Source: Chiloscyllium plagiosum (Eukaryota). From it: 64,000 bases of DNA. Position 1 is the first letter of the stretch. Each line of letters begins with the position of its first letter. Location of the stretch: assembly GCF_004010195.1 (NCBI RefSeq), contig NC_057719.1, positions 9,525,112 to 9,589,111 on the forward strand. The letters are read 5' to 3'. The position numbers were made by a program, and so were the translations under genes. The notes below the pieces were generated by a model. It had not been told where the DNA came from. It saw nothing but the letters and a program-made list of their open reading frames with translations, and searched no databases. Shown here piece after piece: positions 26,011 to 39,051 of this stretch.

Positions 26011-27607
26011 ATTGAAGCCTCTGAACTCTAATACAAACCTATTGGGCCCTTCTTGTGCTGCAAACAATCAGCAACTTTGTATTCAGCAAACTAGATACCA
26101 ATTTCATTTTTAATTCTACTCAGCTCACACTAACGCTCGTTAAATTGATGAAAATTCCAACAATTTCACAAGATCCCTGCTAGAATAATATGTAGACATG
26201 CTACCTATAACTGACAGTAACTTCACTGTCTGGTTTGCACAGATACATCAAGGGAGAGACAGTTTAATTACTCCAAAAAAATTGGACGGTCTCAGGAGAA
26301 TTTAAGCAGGAAGCCTCATTTTTCTTTTTTTTTTGTTCACCAGATATGCATTTCAAATGTATAATTATTATTGACTTGAAGTTGGTTTTGTCAGAGTTTT
26401 CCAAAGTTACAAACATTCACTATAATACTCAGCTGAAAATAACACACATAACCAAAGTTAAAAACCCCACAACACCAGGTTATAATCCAACAAGTTTATT
26501 TGAAAGTACTTCTGTTGGACTATAACCTGGTGTTGTGCGATTTTAACTTTGTCCATCCGAGTCCAACACCTGCACCTCCACATCACACATAATCAAGACA
26601 GCCCACTTAAGAGTGGCCCTCAACTAGACAGCTAACTCGTATATAACAGCAAAATACTGCAAGATGCCTTAAATCTGAAAATTGCACTTAGAATGCTGGA
26701 GAAACCCAGCAGGTCTGGTACCGAATCATCAGACTGTGACCCACAGTTCGGGACACACTCGCCATTGTGAACACCCTCTCTGCATCGACCCTGTCTTGTC
26801 CTGTTAGAATTTCATAAGTCTTGATGAGATCCCCCCTTCATTCGTCTGAACTCCAGCCAAAACAATCCTAACGTAGTCAATCCCTTCTCATATGTCAGTC
26901 CCACCATCCCCGCAATCAGCCTGATAAACCTTCACTGCACTCCCTCAATGGTAAGAGCAAGAGTGTACTTGGAAAACACAGAGGGATATCTGAAGACGAC
27001 TTGCAGGAGCCTTGATCACAACTGCATTGAGAAAAGATAGAGACAAGATAATTTGTAACTGAGAGAACGTACAGCGGCTAAAGGAAGGATATGGATGCTG
27101 TAGAGAAGGAAGTCAGCTGTCCTGACCTGGTCTGACCAACATGTGACTCCAGACCACAGGAACGTGGCTGACTCCAAACTGCCCTCTGGGGCAATTAAAA
27201 ATAGGCAACAAATGCTGTCCTAGACAGTGATGCCCACACCTCACGAACAAATAAAAAATAAATTGCAAGATATTTGCCAGATGACTGAGAATCTCTTTGA
27301 TTCTGAATGATAACAGAAACCACTGTGGCAACAACACTCCAAGGTTTGGATGAACCTTGTTTTCCTCCAGGGCTATAAGGTTGTAGCATCAAGTAGCACT
27401 GAAGGAGGCTGTTGGGCCCATTGTGCCTGCTGCACCTCACTGAAAGAGCTATCCATTTGGTTCTCTTTTCTCCAAATTGCTGGTTATGTTTTTCCCCCCA
27501 GTTTAACTGCTCCCTTTGGAAAGTGTTGCCTTACTTCTGTTTCCACCCTCCGTGCAACAGTGAGAACATATGGAGGTGAAAGGAAGGAAATAGACACTTT
27601 CGGGAAG

Positions 27608-27915
27608 GAAATGAAAACTCAAAGAACTGCGGATGCTGTAAATAAGAAACAAAACCAGAAATTGCTGGAAAAACTCAGCAGGTCAGGCAACATCTCTGAA
27701 AAGAAATCAAAGTTAATGTTTCGGGTCGGGTGACCCTTCCTCAGAACTGATGGTAGCTAGGAAAATGTCAGTTTTTGTGCAGAAGATAGGGGGGGAGGGG
27801 GTAAGGAGTAAATGATGGGTGGGGTTAGAGCCCAGAGAGAGAGAAGAATAGTTGGACATACAAAGGAGTGGATTACGATCTGCCAAGGAGGGTGAATAGC
27901 TGTTCATGAAACTGT
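27608..27915 (-). mobile_element. Penelope-type terminal fragment with hammerhead core (27711-27748); relative at ~700-930
   Basis: Minus strand: agtt-CTGAGGA-a-gggtc-accc-gaccc-GAAAC-ATT-aact. Confidence 0.7.
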
Positions 27916-28107
27916 TACTCCATTGCTAATAATAGGAAGGAAGTCTGCTTTTGTTACTGGAGGTCTGGTCTACATGTGATTCCAAACACACTGCAATGTA
28001 GCTTGACTCTTAACTGCCTTCTGGGCAGTTAGGGATGGGCAATTAATGCTGTCTAAGCCAGTGATGCCATGTCCAATGCACGACAAGTTGATCACATAAA
28101 GGATAAG

Positions 28108-29075
28108 ACAAGATTGAGTTTTTTGAAGAAGTAACAAAGAAGATTGATGAGGGCAGAGCAGCAGATGTGATCTATATAGACTTCAGTAAGGCGTTCGACA
28201 ATGTTCCCCATGGGAGACTGATTAGCAAGGTTAGAAGGAATACAGGGAGAACTAGCCATTTGGATACAGAACTGGCTCAAAAGTAGAAGACAGAGGGTGA
28301 TGGTGGAGGGTTGTTTTTCAGACTGGAGGCCTGTGACCAGTGGAGTGCCACAAGGATCGGTGCTGGGCCCTCTACATTTCGTCATTTACATAAATGATTT
28401 GGATGTGAGCAAAAGAGGTACAGTTAGTAAGTTTGCAGATGACACCAAAATTGGAGGTGTAGTGGACAGCAAAGAGGGTTACCTCAGATTATAACAGGAT
28501 CTTGACCAGATGGGCCAATGGGCGGAGAAGTGGTAGATGGAGTTTAATTCAGATAAATGCAAGGTGCTGCATTTTGGGAAAGCAAATNNNNNNNNNNNNN
28601 NNNNNNNNNNNNNNNNNNNNNNNNNNNNNNNNNNNNNNNNNNNNNNNNNNNNNNNNNNNNNNNNNNNNNNNNNNNNNNNNNNNNNNNNNNNNNNNNNNNN
28701 NNNNNNNNNNNNNNNNNNNNNNNNNNNNNNNNNNNNNNNNNNNNNNNNNNNNNNNNNNNNNNNNNNNNNNNNNNNNNNNNNNNNNNNNNNNNNNNNNNNN
28801 NNNNNNNNNNNNNNNNNNNNNNNNNNNNNNNNNNNNNNNNNNNNNNNNNNNNNNNNNNNNNNNNNNNNNNNNNNNNTGTATGGAATGAGCTGCCAGAGGA
28901 TGTGGCGGAGGCTGGTACAATTGCAACATTTAAGAGGCATTTGGATGGGTATATGAATAGGAAGGGTTTGGAGGGATATGGGCTGGGTGCTGGCAGGTGG
29001 GACTAGCTTGGGTTAGGATATCTGGTCGGGTTGGACCAAAGGGTCTGTTTCCATGCTGTACATCTCTATAACTCT
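28108..29075 (+). mobile_element. CR1/HER1 LINE RT region to 3' end, spanning an assembly gap
   Basis: DFSKAFD, SGVPQGSVLGP, KFADDTK and WNELPE motifs. Confidence 0.9.
28588..28876. other. Assembly gap (N run)
   Basis: Run of n inside a CR1 copy. Confidence 1.
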
Positions 29076-29092
29076 AAAAGCTAGGACCCAAG

Positions 29093-29395
29093 GAACAGTG
29101 GTTAGCACTACTGCCTCACAGCACCAGAGACCCAGGTTCAATTCCCGTCTTGGGCAACTGTCTGTGTGGAGTTTGCATATTCTCCCCGTGTCTGCGTGGG
29201 TTTCCTACAGGTGCTCTGGTTTCCTCCCACAGTCCAAAGATGTGCAGGTTAGGTGAATTGGCCATGCTAAAGGCTCGTAGTGTTAGGTGAAGAGGTAAAT
29301 GTAGGGGAATGGGTCTGGGTGGGTTGCTCTTTGGAGGGTCGGTGTGGACTTGCTTGGCCAAAGGGCCTGTTTCCACACTGTAAGTAATCTAACCT
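29093..29395 (+). mobile_element. HE1-type SINE
   Basis: Near-consensus head, V-domain and gtaagtaatctaa tail. Confidence 0.9.
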
Positions 29396-31764
29396 AAAAC
29401 TGATCTGATATCAAGGTAACGTAGAGGAAATATTTGGTTCTGTCAATGAATTAAAAAGTTTGATTTTAGCTGTAAGTTGCTAATTACATCATCAGTTAAC
29501 AAGCCTGCAGGAGTTAATGTACTATGGCAGAGCCTGAATTATCGTGCACAGTTGCAGCTGTCAGTCAATCAATGTTAATTCAACCCCTTTGCGCTGTCAA
29601 TCTGAGTAACCTCCTTTCCCTTTTCAAGTACATGTCTAATTCTTTTTTGAAAATTAGTGTTCAATTCACTGCCATCACCCTTTCAGGCATTGTATAAGAA
29701 CACACTGCATTAAAACACTTCTCATTTCCCTTTCAGTCCTTTTGCCAGTTATCTTGAATCTTTGTCACATGGTTACTGACATTCCAGCCAACTGATTTGC
29801 CCCATCTACTCTAACTAAACCCTATATCACTTAAACCCAGGAGATATCTGGATGAGGGACCGGAAAATTGTCAATTTTGAACTCAGTCAATGCAATTAGT
29901 TTTAAGGAGCTTTGTGAAGGGGTGAAGAGAGATGTGGAGTACAAGGGTTTGGAAAAAGAGTTCCAGAGTTTCATCTTAAGCCATAATTAAAGAGATAATT
30001 AAAATTGTGAGGGTGCAAGAGGTGGGAGCTGATTTAATATCCTGGCACTTATGTAATCATACATGTTGGTTACCTAAAAGCCATTGTTATTGCTGCTATG
30101 AGGTTTGAAAGAGAAAGAAATAAAGGGGTGTAGAAAATCAGAGAACGAGTAGTTGGTTGAATATTATGCTAAAATGATACAAGGCAGCTGATTGAGAATA
30201 GTGCATCACTTTGAGCAATGGGAGAGGCAATGGCCTAGTGGTATTAACAGTGGGCTGTTCACCCAAAGACCAAACTAATGTCCTGGGAACCCAGGTTTGA
30301 ATCCCACTGTGGCAGATGGCAGAATTTTAATTCAATTTAAAAATAAATCTGGGATTAAGAGTCTAATGATGACCATGAATCCATTGTTGATTGTTGGAAA
30401 AACCCACCAGGTTCACTAATGTCCTTTTGGGAGGGAAGCCGCCATTCTTATCGCTGGACTGTTAGCCCCCAGGGCTCAGATAATGTTCTGAGGACCCAGG
30501 TTTGAATCCGACCATGGAAGGAGACAGAACTTGATAAATATCTGGTATTAAGAGTCCAATGATGAGCATGAAACCATTGCTGATTGTTGGGGGAAAACTC
30601 ACCTGGTTCACTAATGATCTTTTGGGAGGGGAAACTGCCATCCTTACTGGGTCTGGTCTACATGTGACTCTAGACCCACATCAAGGTGGTTGGCTTTTCA
30701 AAGGGACAGTGTGGACTCAATGGGCCAAATGGCCTCCTTTCACACTGCAGTGATTATCTCTGGATTAAAAAAAATTAATCTGCTATGATGGGATCTGTAC
30801 CCAAGTTCCCAGAACATTACCTGGGTGTCTGGGTTGATATTCTTAAAACAATACCATGAGACATCACTTCCCACAGGAGATGGGGGAAAGGCAGGAGATT
30901 GACACTACTGATAGAACTGATGCAGACTCGATGGGCTAAATGGCATCCTTCTGTGGCAATAACAATGCTGTGACTATGTGAACTAGATGCTACAAGAAGA
31001 GGAGGTGGGCGTGGAATGCTGAGGTCAATCTGAAGGTGCACTTTTACTTCCTGCATTCACTTGATGACTTTGTATTGCAGAACACCTCATTGTACAAGGA
31101 AGTAACGGGTGAGGAAGGCTGTCAGAGGCGATGCGCCTTTAAGTTATCCAGAACAACGGCTTTTGTTCTGCCAGTCAGCTGTTTCTTGAATGATCGGATG
31201 GCTTTAACAACCAATATTCAGCCTGGGAAACCTTTTCACATTTTGATCACGCTATTCGTGAAGATCCTCCTGACACCTTAAGCTTGTCTCATGCTAATTT
31301 GAGCCAGTGCCCCAAAGTTCCATTATCGCAATTTAATTTGAAGCAATGTTCCATTTTTTCCCATGTCATTCATAATTTTACCTTTGAAATCCCCCCTATT
31401 CTTGACTGAAAAGCCTGAAGCAACCTCGGAAAGTGATATTTTTCAACTGCCTTCTTTGAAAGGATGCTAGCACTGGTGTAATTTCAGCTGGGGTCAGGCA
31501 GTGGGTTAATTGTTTTACCAAGTCCGCGTTTCCCATACTTCTTATTCATGAGCTGTCCCGAAAAGCAAGTTAGTCTGTCAGACAAGAAAGAGTGTGCTTG
31601 TATTATGGAAGGATGGATTCAGTTCTCAGTTTTTCCTGCTCTCCCTTTTTCCCAAAGTGGTATCCACCTCCCCCCCCCCCACACACACGCGCATGCAAAC
31701 TCGTGCCAGCACTCACACCAAGAATTTAATGTTTGGACCTTGTCATTAAAAAAATAGTGACTTA

Positions 31765-32164
31765 TCAACTAGCCACAAAACGCCACGACCAGCTATCCTT
31801 AGTAGCCACACACGCAGACGACAAGCAACATGAATTCGACTGGGACAACACTACCATTATAGGGCAAGCCAAACAAAGAACAGCCAGGGAATTCCTAGAA
31901 GCATGGCACTCATCCACAAACACATCGACCTGGACCCAATATACCGGCCACTACAGCGGACAGCTGAAACTGACAACCGGAAGCGGCAGGGACAGGCCAC
32001 AACAAATGCTGGAGAAAACACCACAGAAGTGCTTCAAAGGAGGCTCCCAAGCACTGAGGATGTCACCTAGACAGGGGATGAAACATTTGCAACAAAAATT
32101 TCCAGCTCGGCGAACAGAACCACAACAACGAGCACCCGAGCTACAAATCTTCACCCAAACTTTG
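31765..32164 (+). mobile_element. Penelope-like element 3' end (GIY-YIG C-terminus and terminal hammerhead) with 13-bp TSD
   Basis: TSD aaatagtgactta at 31752-31764 and 32165-32177. Peptide HEFDWDNTTIIGQAKQRTAREFLEAWHS. Core gca-CTGAGGA-...-GAAAC-ATT-tgc at 32051-32090. Confidence 0.9.
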
Positions 32165-32636
32165 AAATAGTGACTTAGCCTGGAACTGGCAGGTTTTGTG
32201 TATGGAAATTTGTAAATGACCTGTAACCACAGTGGGTCACTAAGCAGTATTAAGACATTGAATCCAACACGGACCATTCAGCTCATCCAGACTGCTCCCC
32301 CACTCTGTGAGATCATGACTAATCTGATAATCCACAAATCCACTTCCCTGCCTCTATCTCAGCTTTGAATATACTTAATAACCCAGCCTCAGTAGCTCTT
32401 TGTGATAAAGAATTCCACAGATTTATGACACTTCAAGAGAAGAAATTCGTCCTCATCTCTGTCTTAAATGGACATCTTCGTATTCTGAGATTATGCGCCC
32501 TGATCTCCCACAAGGGGAAACAACCTCTCAAGATTGACCCTGTTGAGTCCCTTAAAGACTTGTGACGAGCCTAGATTTGCAGAGTTATTTTGTGCAGAGA
32601 ATCCAAAGGAAATGCCTGAGTAGATCTTTCCTTGGG

Positions 32637-33836
32637 CAGTACAACAATGAGTCCATCCCCGATCCAGCCCTCGGTAAAGTAGGAACAACTTTTACAACAA
32701 ATGCATGATGCGCCATGAGGTGAAGCTCAAAATACTTACACTCCCATCGACTCCATGTCTATAGATACTCTTGCGAATTGCTAACTGGATATTCTTTCTC
32801 CATTTTAATTATCTTTTGATCATACAATCAAGATTGCTCACATTAAGACATTCCCATCCTATTTACAGGGGAAGGTGCAACTACTGTTGCTTACATACAT
32901 ATGGTCAGCATTCTTTACTCATCAATTTGATTTGATTGTTGAGAAGCAGAAGTGCTAGAGACAAAAGAAACTGCAGATGCTGGAATACGAAGGAGACAAG
33001 CAGAAGGCTGGAAGAACACAGCAAGTCAGGCAGCGTCTGGAGGTGGAGAAGTCAATTTTTTGGGTATGACCCTTCTTCAGGACTGGGGGTTGGGGAACTG
33101 CAGATAAAGGGTGGGGGGGGCATGGTTTAGTGGGGAAATGGGCAGAAGAGTGAGGTAGTGATGGAGTCATTGAGATGTACAGCATGGAAACCCTTCAGTC
33201 CAACTCCTCCATGTTGACCAGATATCCCAACCCCTCATTTTCAGTACAACAATGAGTCCATCTCTGATCCAGCCCTCGGTAAAGTAGGAACAACTTTTAC
33301 AACCAATGCATGATGCGCCATGAGGTGAAGCTCAAAATACTTACACTCCCATCGACTCCATGTCTATAGATACTCTTGCGAATTGCAACTGGATATTCTT
33401 TCCCCATTTTAATTATCTTTTGATCATACAATCAAGATTGCTCACATTAAGACATTCCCATCCTATTTTCAGGGGAAGATGCAACTACTGTTGCATACAT
33501 ACATATGGTTAGCATTCTTTACTCATCAATTTGATTCGATTGTTGAGAAGCACAAGTGCTAGAGACAAAAGGAACTGCAGATGCTGGAATCCAAAGGAGA
33601 CAAGCAGAAGGCTGGAAGAACACAGCAGGTCAGGCAGCGTCTGGAGGTGGAGAAGTCAATTTTTCGGGTATGACCCTTCTTCAGGACTGGGGGTTGGGGA
33701 ACTGCAGATAAAGGGTGGGGGGGGCATGGTTTAGTGGGGAAATGGGCAGAAGAGTGAGGTAGTGATGGAGTCATTGAGATGTACAGCATGGAAACCCTTC
33801 AGTCCAACTCCTCCATGTTGACCAGATATCCCAACC
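32637..33836 (+). repeat. Tandem duplication of ~596 bp (32637-33232 and 33242-33836)
   Basis: Two near-identical copies (about 17 differences by manual count) separated by cctcatttt. It produces the duplicated ORFs at 32936/33531 and 32955/33559. Confidence 0.95.
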
Positions 33837-34478
33837 TAAACTAGTCCCATTTGCCAGCACCTGACCCATATCCCTCCAAACCCTTCCTATTCCTATACCT
33901 ATCCAGATGCCTTTTAAATGTTATAATTGTATCAGCCTCCAACACTTCCTCTGGCAGCTCATTCCATACCTGTACCATCCTCTGCACCAAAAAGTTGCCC
34001 CTTAAGCCCCTTTTAAACATTTCCCCTCTCACCTTGAACCTATGGCCTCTAGTTCCCCAACCCAGGGAAAGGACTTTGTCTGTTTACCCTATCCATGCCC
34101 CTCATGATTTTATATACTTCTATTAGGTCACTCCTCAGCCTCTGACGCTCCAGGGAAAACAGCTCCAGCCTATTCAGCTTTACCCGATAGCTCAAATCCT
34201 CCAACGCTGGCAATATCCTTGCAAATATTTTCTGAATCCTCTCAAGTTTCACAACATTTTTCCGATAGAAGGTAGACCAGCATTGCACACACTGTTCCAA
34301 AAGTGGCCTGACCAATGTCCTGAACAGCCTCAACATGATCTCCCAACTCCTTATACTCTATGCATTGACCAATAAAGGAAAGCATATGAAATGCCCTTTT
34401 CTATCTACCAGCGACTCCACTTTTAAGGAGTGGAGTCACTTGTCTCTTTGTTCAGTAACACTCTCCAGGATTTTACCT
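33765..34478 (-). mobile_element. CR1/HER1 LINE 3' part, inserted between inverted Penelope-type arms (33560-33762 and 34478-34815)
   Basis: ORFs 34049-34336 and 33841-34032 are CR1 ORF2. The right flank encodes LGSLQPGGLNIEFSSFK*, a Penelope-type ORF end. Confidence 0.85.
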
Positions 34479-37400
34479 GGGTAGCCTACAGCCCGGAGGA
34501 CTCAACATTGAGTTCTCCAGTTTTAAGTAACCTTCCCACCCATCCCCCGACTGCCTTTCCAGCCCCTCGTCTTCCCTCGTAATGACCCTTCCATCCAGCT
34601 AACAACTGGATTCATCCTCCCATCAACCTATCAGGTCGTACCCCTCACCTGTGTTCACCTACCAACCACCATCTCACCATTCCACCTCTCTCCCCACCCA
34701 AATCATCCCCCCACTCTTTATCTGCAGTTCCCCGCACACCCACCTCCATTCCTAAAGAAGGGTTATCCCCAAACAGCCTGGCTTGCTGTGTTCTTCCAGC
34801 CTCCTGCTTGTCTACTCAGTACAAATGCTAAGCAGTCAATGGATCAGAATAAGCTCTCAATCTGATGTCTCTTTAATTTCTCAGCACAGTGGTGTGCTTG
34901 ACTTCAATCGTTGACTTTCCTTCGTCCATTCCAGTCCACCATTCAGTCTGTCCTGTCATCAAGGTGGTTCCATTTATTTCAACAAGGTGACTTCCTCCCT
35001 GTCTTCACTCTGCAGGGCCCCTTCAGGGTTTTTTTTTATAGCCTAGTAAAGGCTATTCAGCCCATCATGCCCATGCCTGTCATTGAACATCTATCTATTC
35101 TAACCCCGTTTTCCAGCACTTGTCTTGTAGCCTTCTCTGCTATGGCATGTTACAGCCCCATGCCCACAACACCCTGACCAACCCCTATCCATACATGGTC
35201 AGATTTAATCGCAAGACCACATCCCCTTAATGTCTGCGTAAGTGCATCAGGCACAAGGAGAAGGGACAAAGTGAAACTTGAGGCTTCTCAAGGCATTCCA
35301 ACAAGACACGTGATGTGATGTTACTCAGTCAGAAAATGAAGCAATGCAGAGCTATACAGCTTAGCCCCTTCTTACTCTCCGACTTTACTTACAATTTACC
35401 CTGTGGGTGGAAGAGGAACACTTTGAGGATCCAACGCCTCGTGGGGGAACACATTATAGCTATAGGTATTGGGTCATTGAGTCAGAGAGAGAATTATAGA
35501 GTTTTTACAGCTCAATCAAGGCTATTCGGCCCATTGTGCCCATGCCTGTCATCGAACATTTATCTATTTTAATCCCGTCTTCCAGAACTTGGACTGTAGC
35601 CTTCTATGTTATAGCATTTTAAGTGCTCTTCCCCATATTACTTAAACTACATGATGGTTCCATTCTTATAGGCAGTGAGTTCAGGATCCTACACCATCTC
35701 AGTAAAAATAATTTTCCTCAAATCCCCTCTAAATCTTGTGCTCCTTATCTTATAGCTGTGCCCCTGGTTATTGACCCTTCTGCTAAGGGAAGACATTTCT
35801 GTCTGTCTGATCCCCCTGCCCCCTCCCCACCCCCTAACCTCAGCCCTCTCTGCTTTCAGGAGAACACCTCCAGCCCACCCAACTCTGTTCAAAGCTGAAC
35901 TGCTTTAGCTGGGCACCATCCTGGTGAATTTCCTCCAGTGCAATCACATCCTTCCATGCGAGTACTCCAGTTATGCCCGAACTAACTGACAGGGGGAATA
36001 TCTAGATTTTAAGCTGAAGGGATAAATGATATTGCCGCACTAAAACAGCTCAGAGGCTTCTGCCAGTAGGATATCTGTAGCTACTTGTATAAACAAGAGA
36101 CAGTGTGAAGAAAAACAAATAAAGACAGCCTTGGGAGGAAACAGTGTAGGACAGACACTGATAAAGAGGTGACAGCCACATCTAGGGCAAAATTAACTGT
36201 TTACTTCCTGGAATGGGTGAAGGAGACCGTACCGCATTAACCTGGTTGGACATTAGTCTATTTGTAGTCAATAAAGGAAAATTCGAATGTATATAATTAA
36301 ATGCTAACAGTATAATGATAATCATAGAGAGAATCATAGATTTTTTTATAGCCCAATAAAGGCTATTCGGCCCATCATGCCCATGCCTGTCATCAATCAT
36401 CAATCTATTCTAACCCCGTTTTCCAGCACTAGGTCTGTTGTCTTCTCTGCTATGGCATTTCAAGTGCCATGGAAGATTTGTTCCAATAACTGAGGCAGAT
36501 CTCCCCTTGTGTTGCTTGAATAAAATAACAATATGAAAAGCTACACTCAGTCTCCAGCAGTTGATAATTTAAAAATTAAGACAAGACTAAAATTATATAC
36601 CTTATCACCACAACTCCCTTGTTCTTGTATTCAATACTTTGATTAATAAGGCAAGTATCCCATACATCATCTTGTCCACTTGATACCGCTTTCCCACTGC
36701 CTTTAAGAATCTGTAGACACCCACATCAAAGTCCCTCTGATCCTCTGTATTCCCCAGGGTCCTATTCTCACTTACAGTCCTAGAGTCATAGAGATGTACA
36801 GCATGGAAACAGACACTTCGGTCCAACTTGTCCATGCTGACTAGTATGTGTGTCACGTTTTTCAGTTTATCACCATTCCCAGTAATGCTTCTCATTCATT
36901 AATATTTTTAAATGCACAGTTATTACAATCATGGTCCTAGCATACTTGGTGTGCTTATCCTCCCAAAGTGCACCATCTCACATTTTGACAGTACACTAGA
37001 CAATTACAGCAACACTCATAACTTCTCTTTGCACTTTGTGAGTCATTTTGTTTTTCTCTTGCCTCCCCACATCTCTTCCCTGGTGGAATTTTAAAGAGCG
37101 TTTTAGCTGTTCCAGGAAATTAGCTGTCATTGTGTTGGAAATACGATTTAATCTTTTTCTTGCTGAAGCTTTCATACACAAATCTGATAAGTATTTGGCA
37201 CAGGATAGATACATAAATGAACACAGACTGTTTTAGTGCTGGTGACTAGCAATGGGAATTCTAGCTGCTTCCACTTTCAGCAGCGTATTCCATCAGAACA
37301 CCAGGCAAGCAGTATGTTACAAAATCCTTCCTATCTCCTTTTCCCCTTTGTTAGCTTCTGGGTATAGACGTCAGGGAGATTACTTCATGCAAGCCAACTA

Positions 37401-38837
37401 CCAAGAACTGCACAATTCATTGCTTTTTTGTCAGACACAGACTGCAACATTGACCATGGCCGGAGGTACTCTGTGAAGCAATGGGAGCATTAGCACCGTG
37501 TTTTGCTGGTATAGAGAAAGCTAGTGGTGTGGAGTAATGGGGAGTCTCCTTTAAAAGTCACCTCCCTACCCAGAACTCCAGATCTCCAATGTGTTACCAT
37601 GGAGAGGGGCTGAAATGGGTCCACGTGCTTTCCAAACAGACAGGACGAAAGTCACAGATTGTCGGAGATCCAAGAGACAGGAACAGCTCAATTTCTCTCT
37701 CTCTCCAATCATTCCACCAACATTTTCACTCAGGTGTAAATATTTGCTAGTCCACCTGCTCAGGGATATTATTACATACCACTGGAGCAGGTGGGACTTG
37801 AACCCAAGTCTCTGGCTCAGAGAGATGGAGTCACTACCATTGTGTGAAAAGATCTTCCAGTCAACCAAAGAACAAGATGCTTCTGGAACATTCCCCTTAC
37901 CCATTGGACTGTCATTACTGCATCTCACTGAACACACTCCCTAACACCAGCAAACAGAAAGCTTCCCTTTCTTCTGTTATTTCATAGACATCTAGAACAT
38001 AAAGCAAGTTTTTATGGATACAGATATCATAGTGCAAGCCTGATTTTCTTCCCTGTAACTCATGTTAAAAACAGAAATGGGAGTTGGAGCAGATTTAACA
38101 TTTTGCTGAAGCAAAGTTTGTTTTGTCTTCTTCCATTCTCTAAATTCCTCCTTGTCCATCTATATTTTGTTCATCACTGTCATCACAGAAACTGTCACCC
38201 AACCCTCTGACCAAGTGCCATTCCTGATCAATACTTACCAGAGGCAACGTGTAGAATGGCCCTGTTGATTTTCTCTATCTCTCTTCACTTGTCCTCCCAT
38301 CATTCACTGTCAAGGACCAGGATTTAGCACCCGAACATCATACCACTTGCTGGAAGATCCAGGAAGGACAAGCTAGCCTTGTCACATCGGATTCGATAAT
38401 TAGGCTGGGAAATGTCTCAGGCCAGGGATGGTTACTAAATACCCATGGGCAAAAGCAGAGAAGTGCTGAATTAACTCTGCGCCAAGTCAAGAGCCTTAGC
38501 CTGAACACTGACAAAAAGAAACGCCAGGCTAATGGGCAACTCTCAAGGGTTAGCATTGCAATGGGGCAGAGATATTATTTAAGATGAGGCCATAGCTGGG
38601 CCTGACAAATGGTGAAAACCAGGCCGAACAAGGCGGTAGTGGCTGACTTGCAGTTCATGGGAGTAGAACTACGTGTCTTGGAAGGCCCTGTGACATCTCA
38701 TGACGGAAAATCATAAAGGTTTGGTTGCGAGCTATCGATTGGCTTTTGATCCACCTCTCAAAGAGGATAACAAAAGAATAAGTGACTGAGTGAATGTGTT
38801 TGCATGAGATTTTGCATTGGCTTATGCCAATTCATGC

Positions 38838-39051
38838 AGTCCAAGTTGTTCTTTTATAACGTGCGTTTGTTAAGGCAAATTCGCTAAAGCATGATTGACA
38901 AATTGGGGACACTGTTTCTAAAGCACAAACCTTTAAAGCGTGTATTGGTTATAATGCAATTCTGACCCCATTAGTTTAAATGGTGCTACAATTTTCTTAT
39001 AACATGGGGTTGCATGAGAACAGAACTACCATGTTATAGCAGAACTGACTG
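38838..39051. mobile_element. Probable Tc1/mariner-pogo-type MITE
   Basis: Right end gttatagcagaactgactg|ta, with a degenerate inverted left end cagtc...ttcttttataac. Confidence 0.45.

Noticed and set aside
28479..29006. Long ORFs containing X runs (also 53521-54170)
   Set aside because: Artefacts of translating through N gaps.
30220..30700. Apparent direct repeat of ~230 bp
   Set aside because: Two adjacent diverged copies of the common second SINE family, not a distinct structure.
37455..37560. Minus-strand frame ending ..KHGANAPIASQSTSGH, faintly like the end of the beta-neurexin first exon
   Set aside because: There is an in-frame TGA just upstream with no Met or signal peptide, the donor is weak (GTCAAT), and the similarity is marginal.
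38239..38306. Possible 68-nt poison exon with a strong GTAAGT donor
   Set aside because: Such AG/GT pairs arise often by chance in long introns; no homology or other support.
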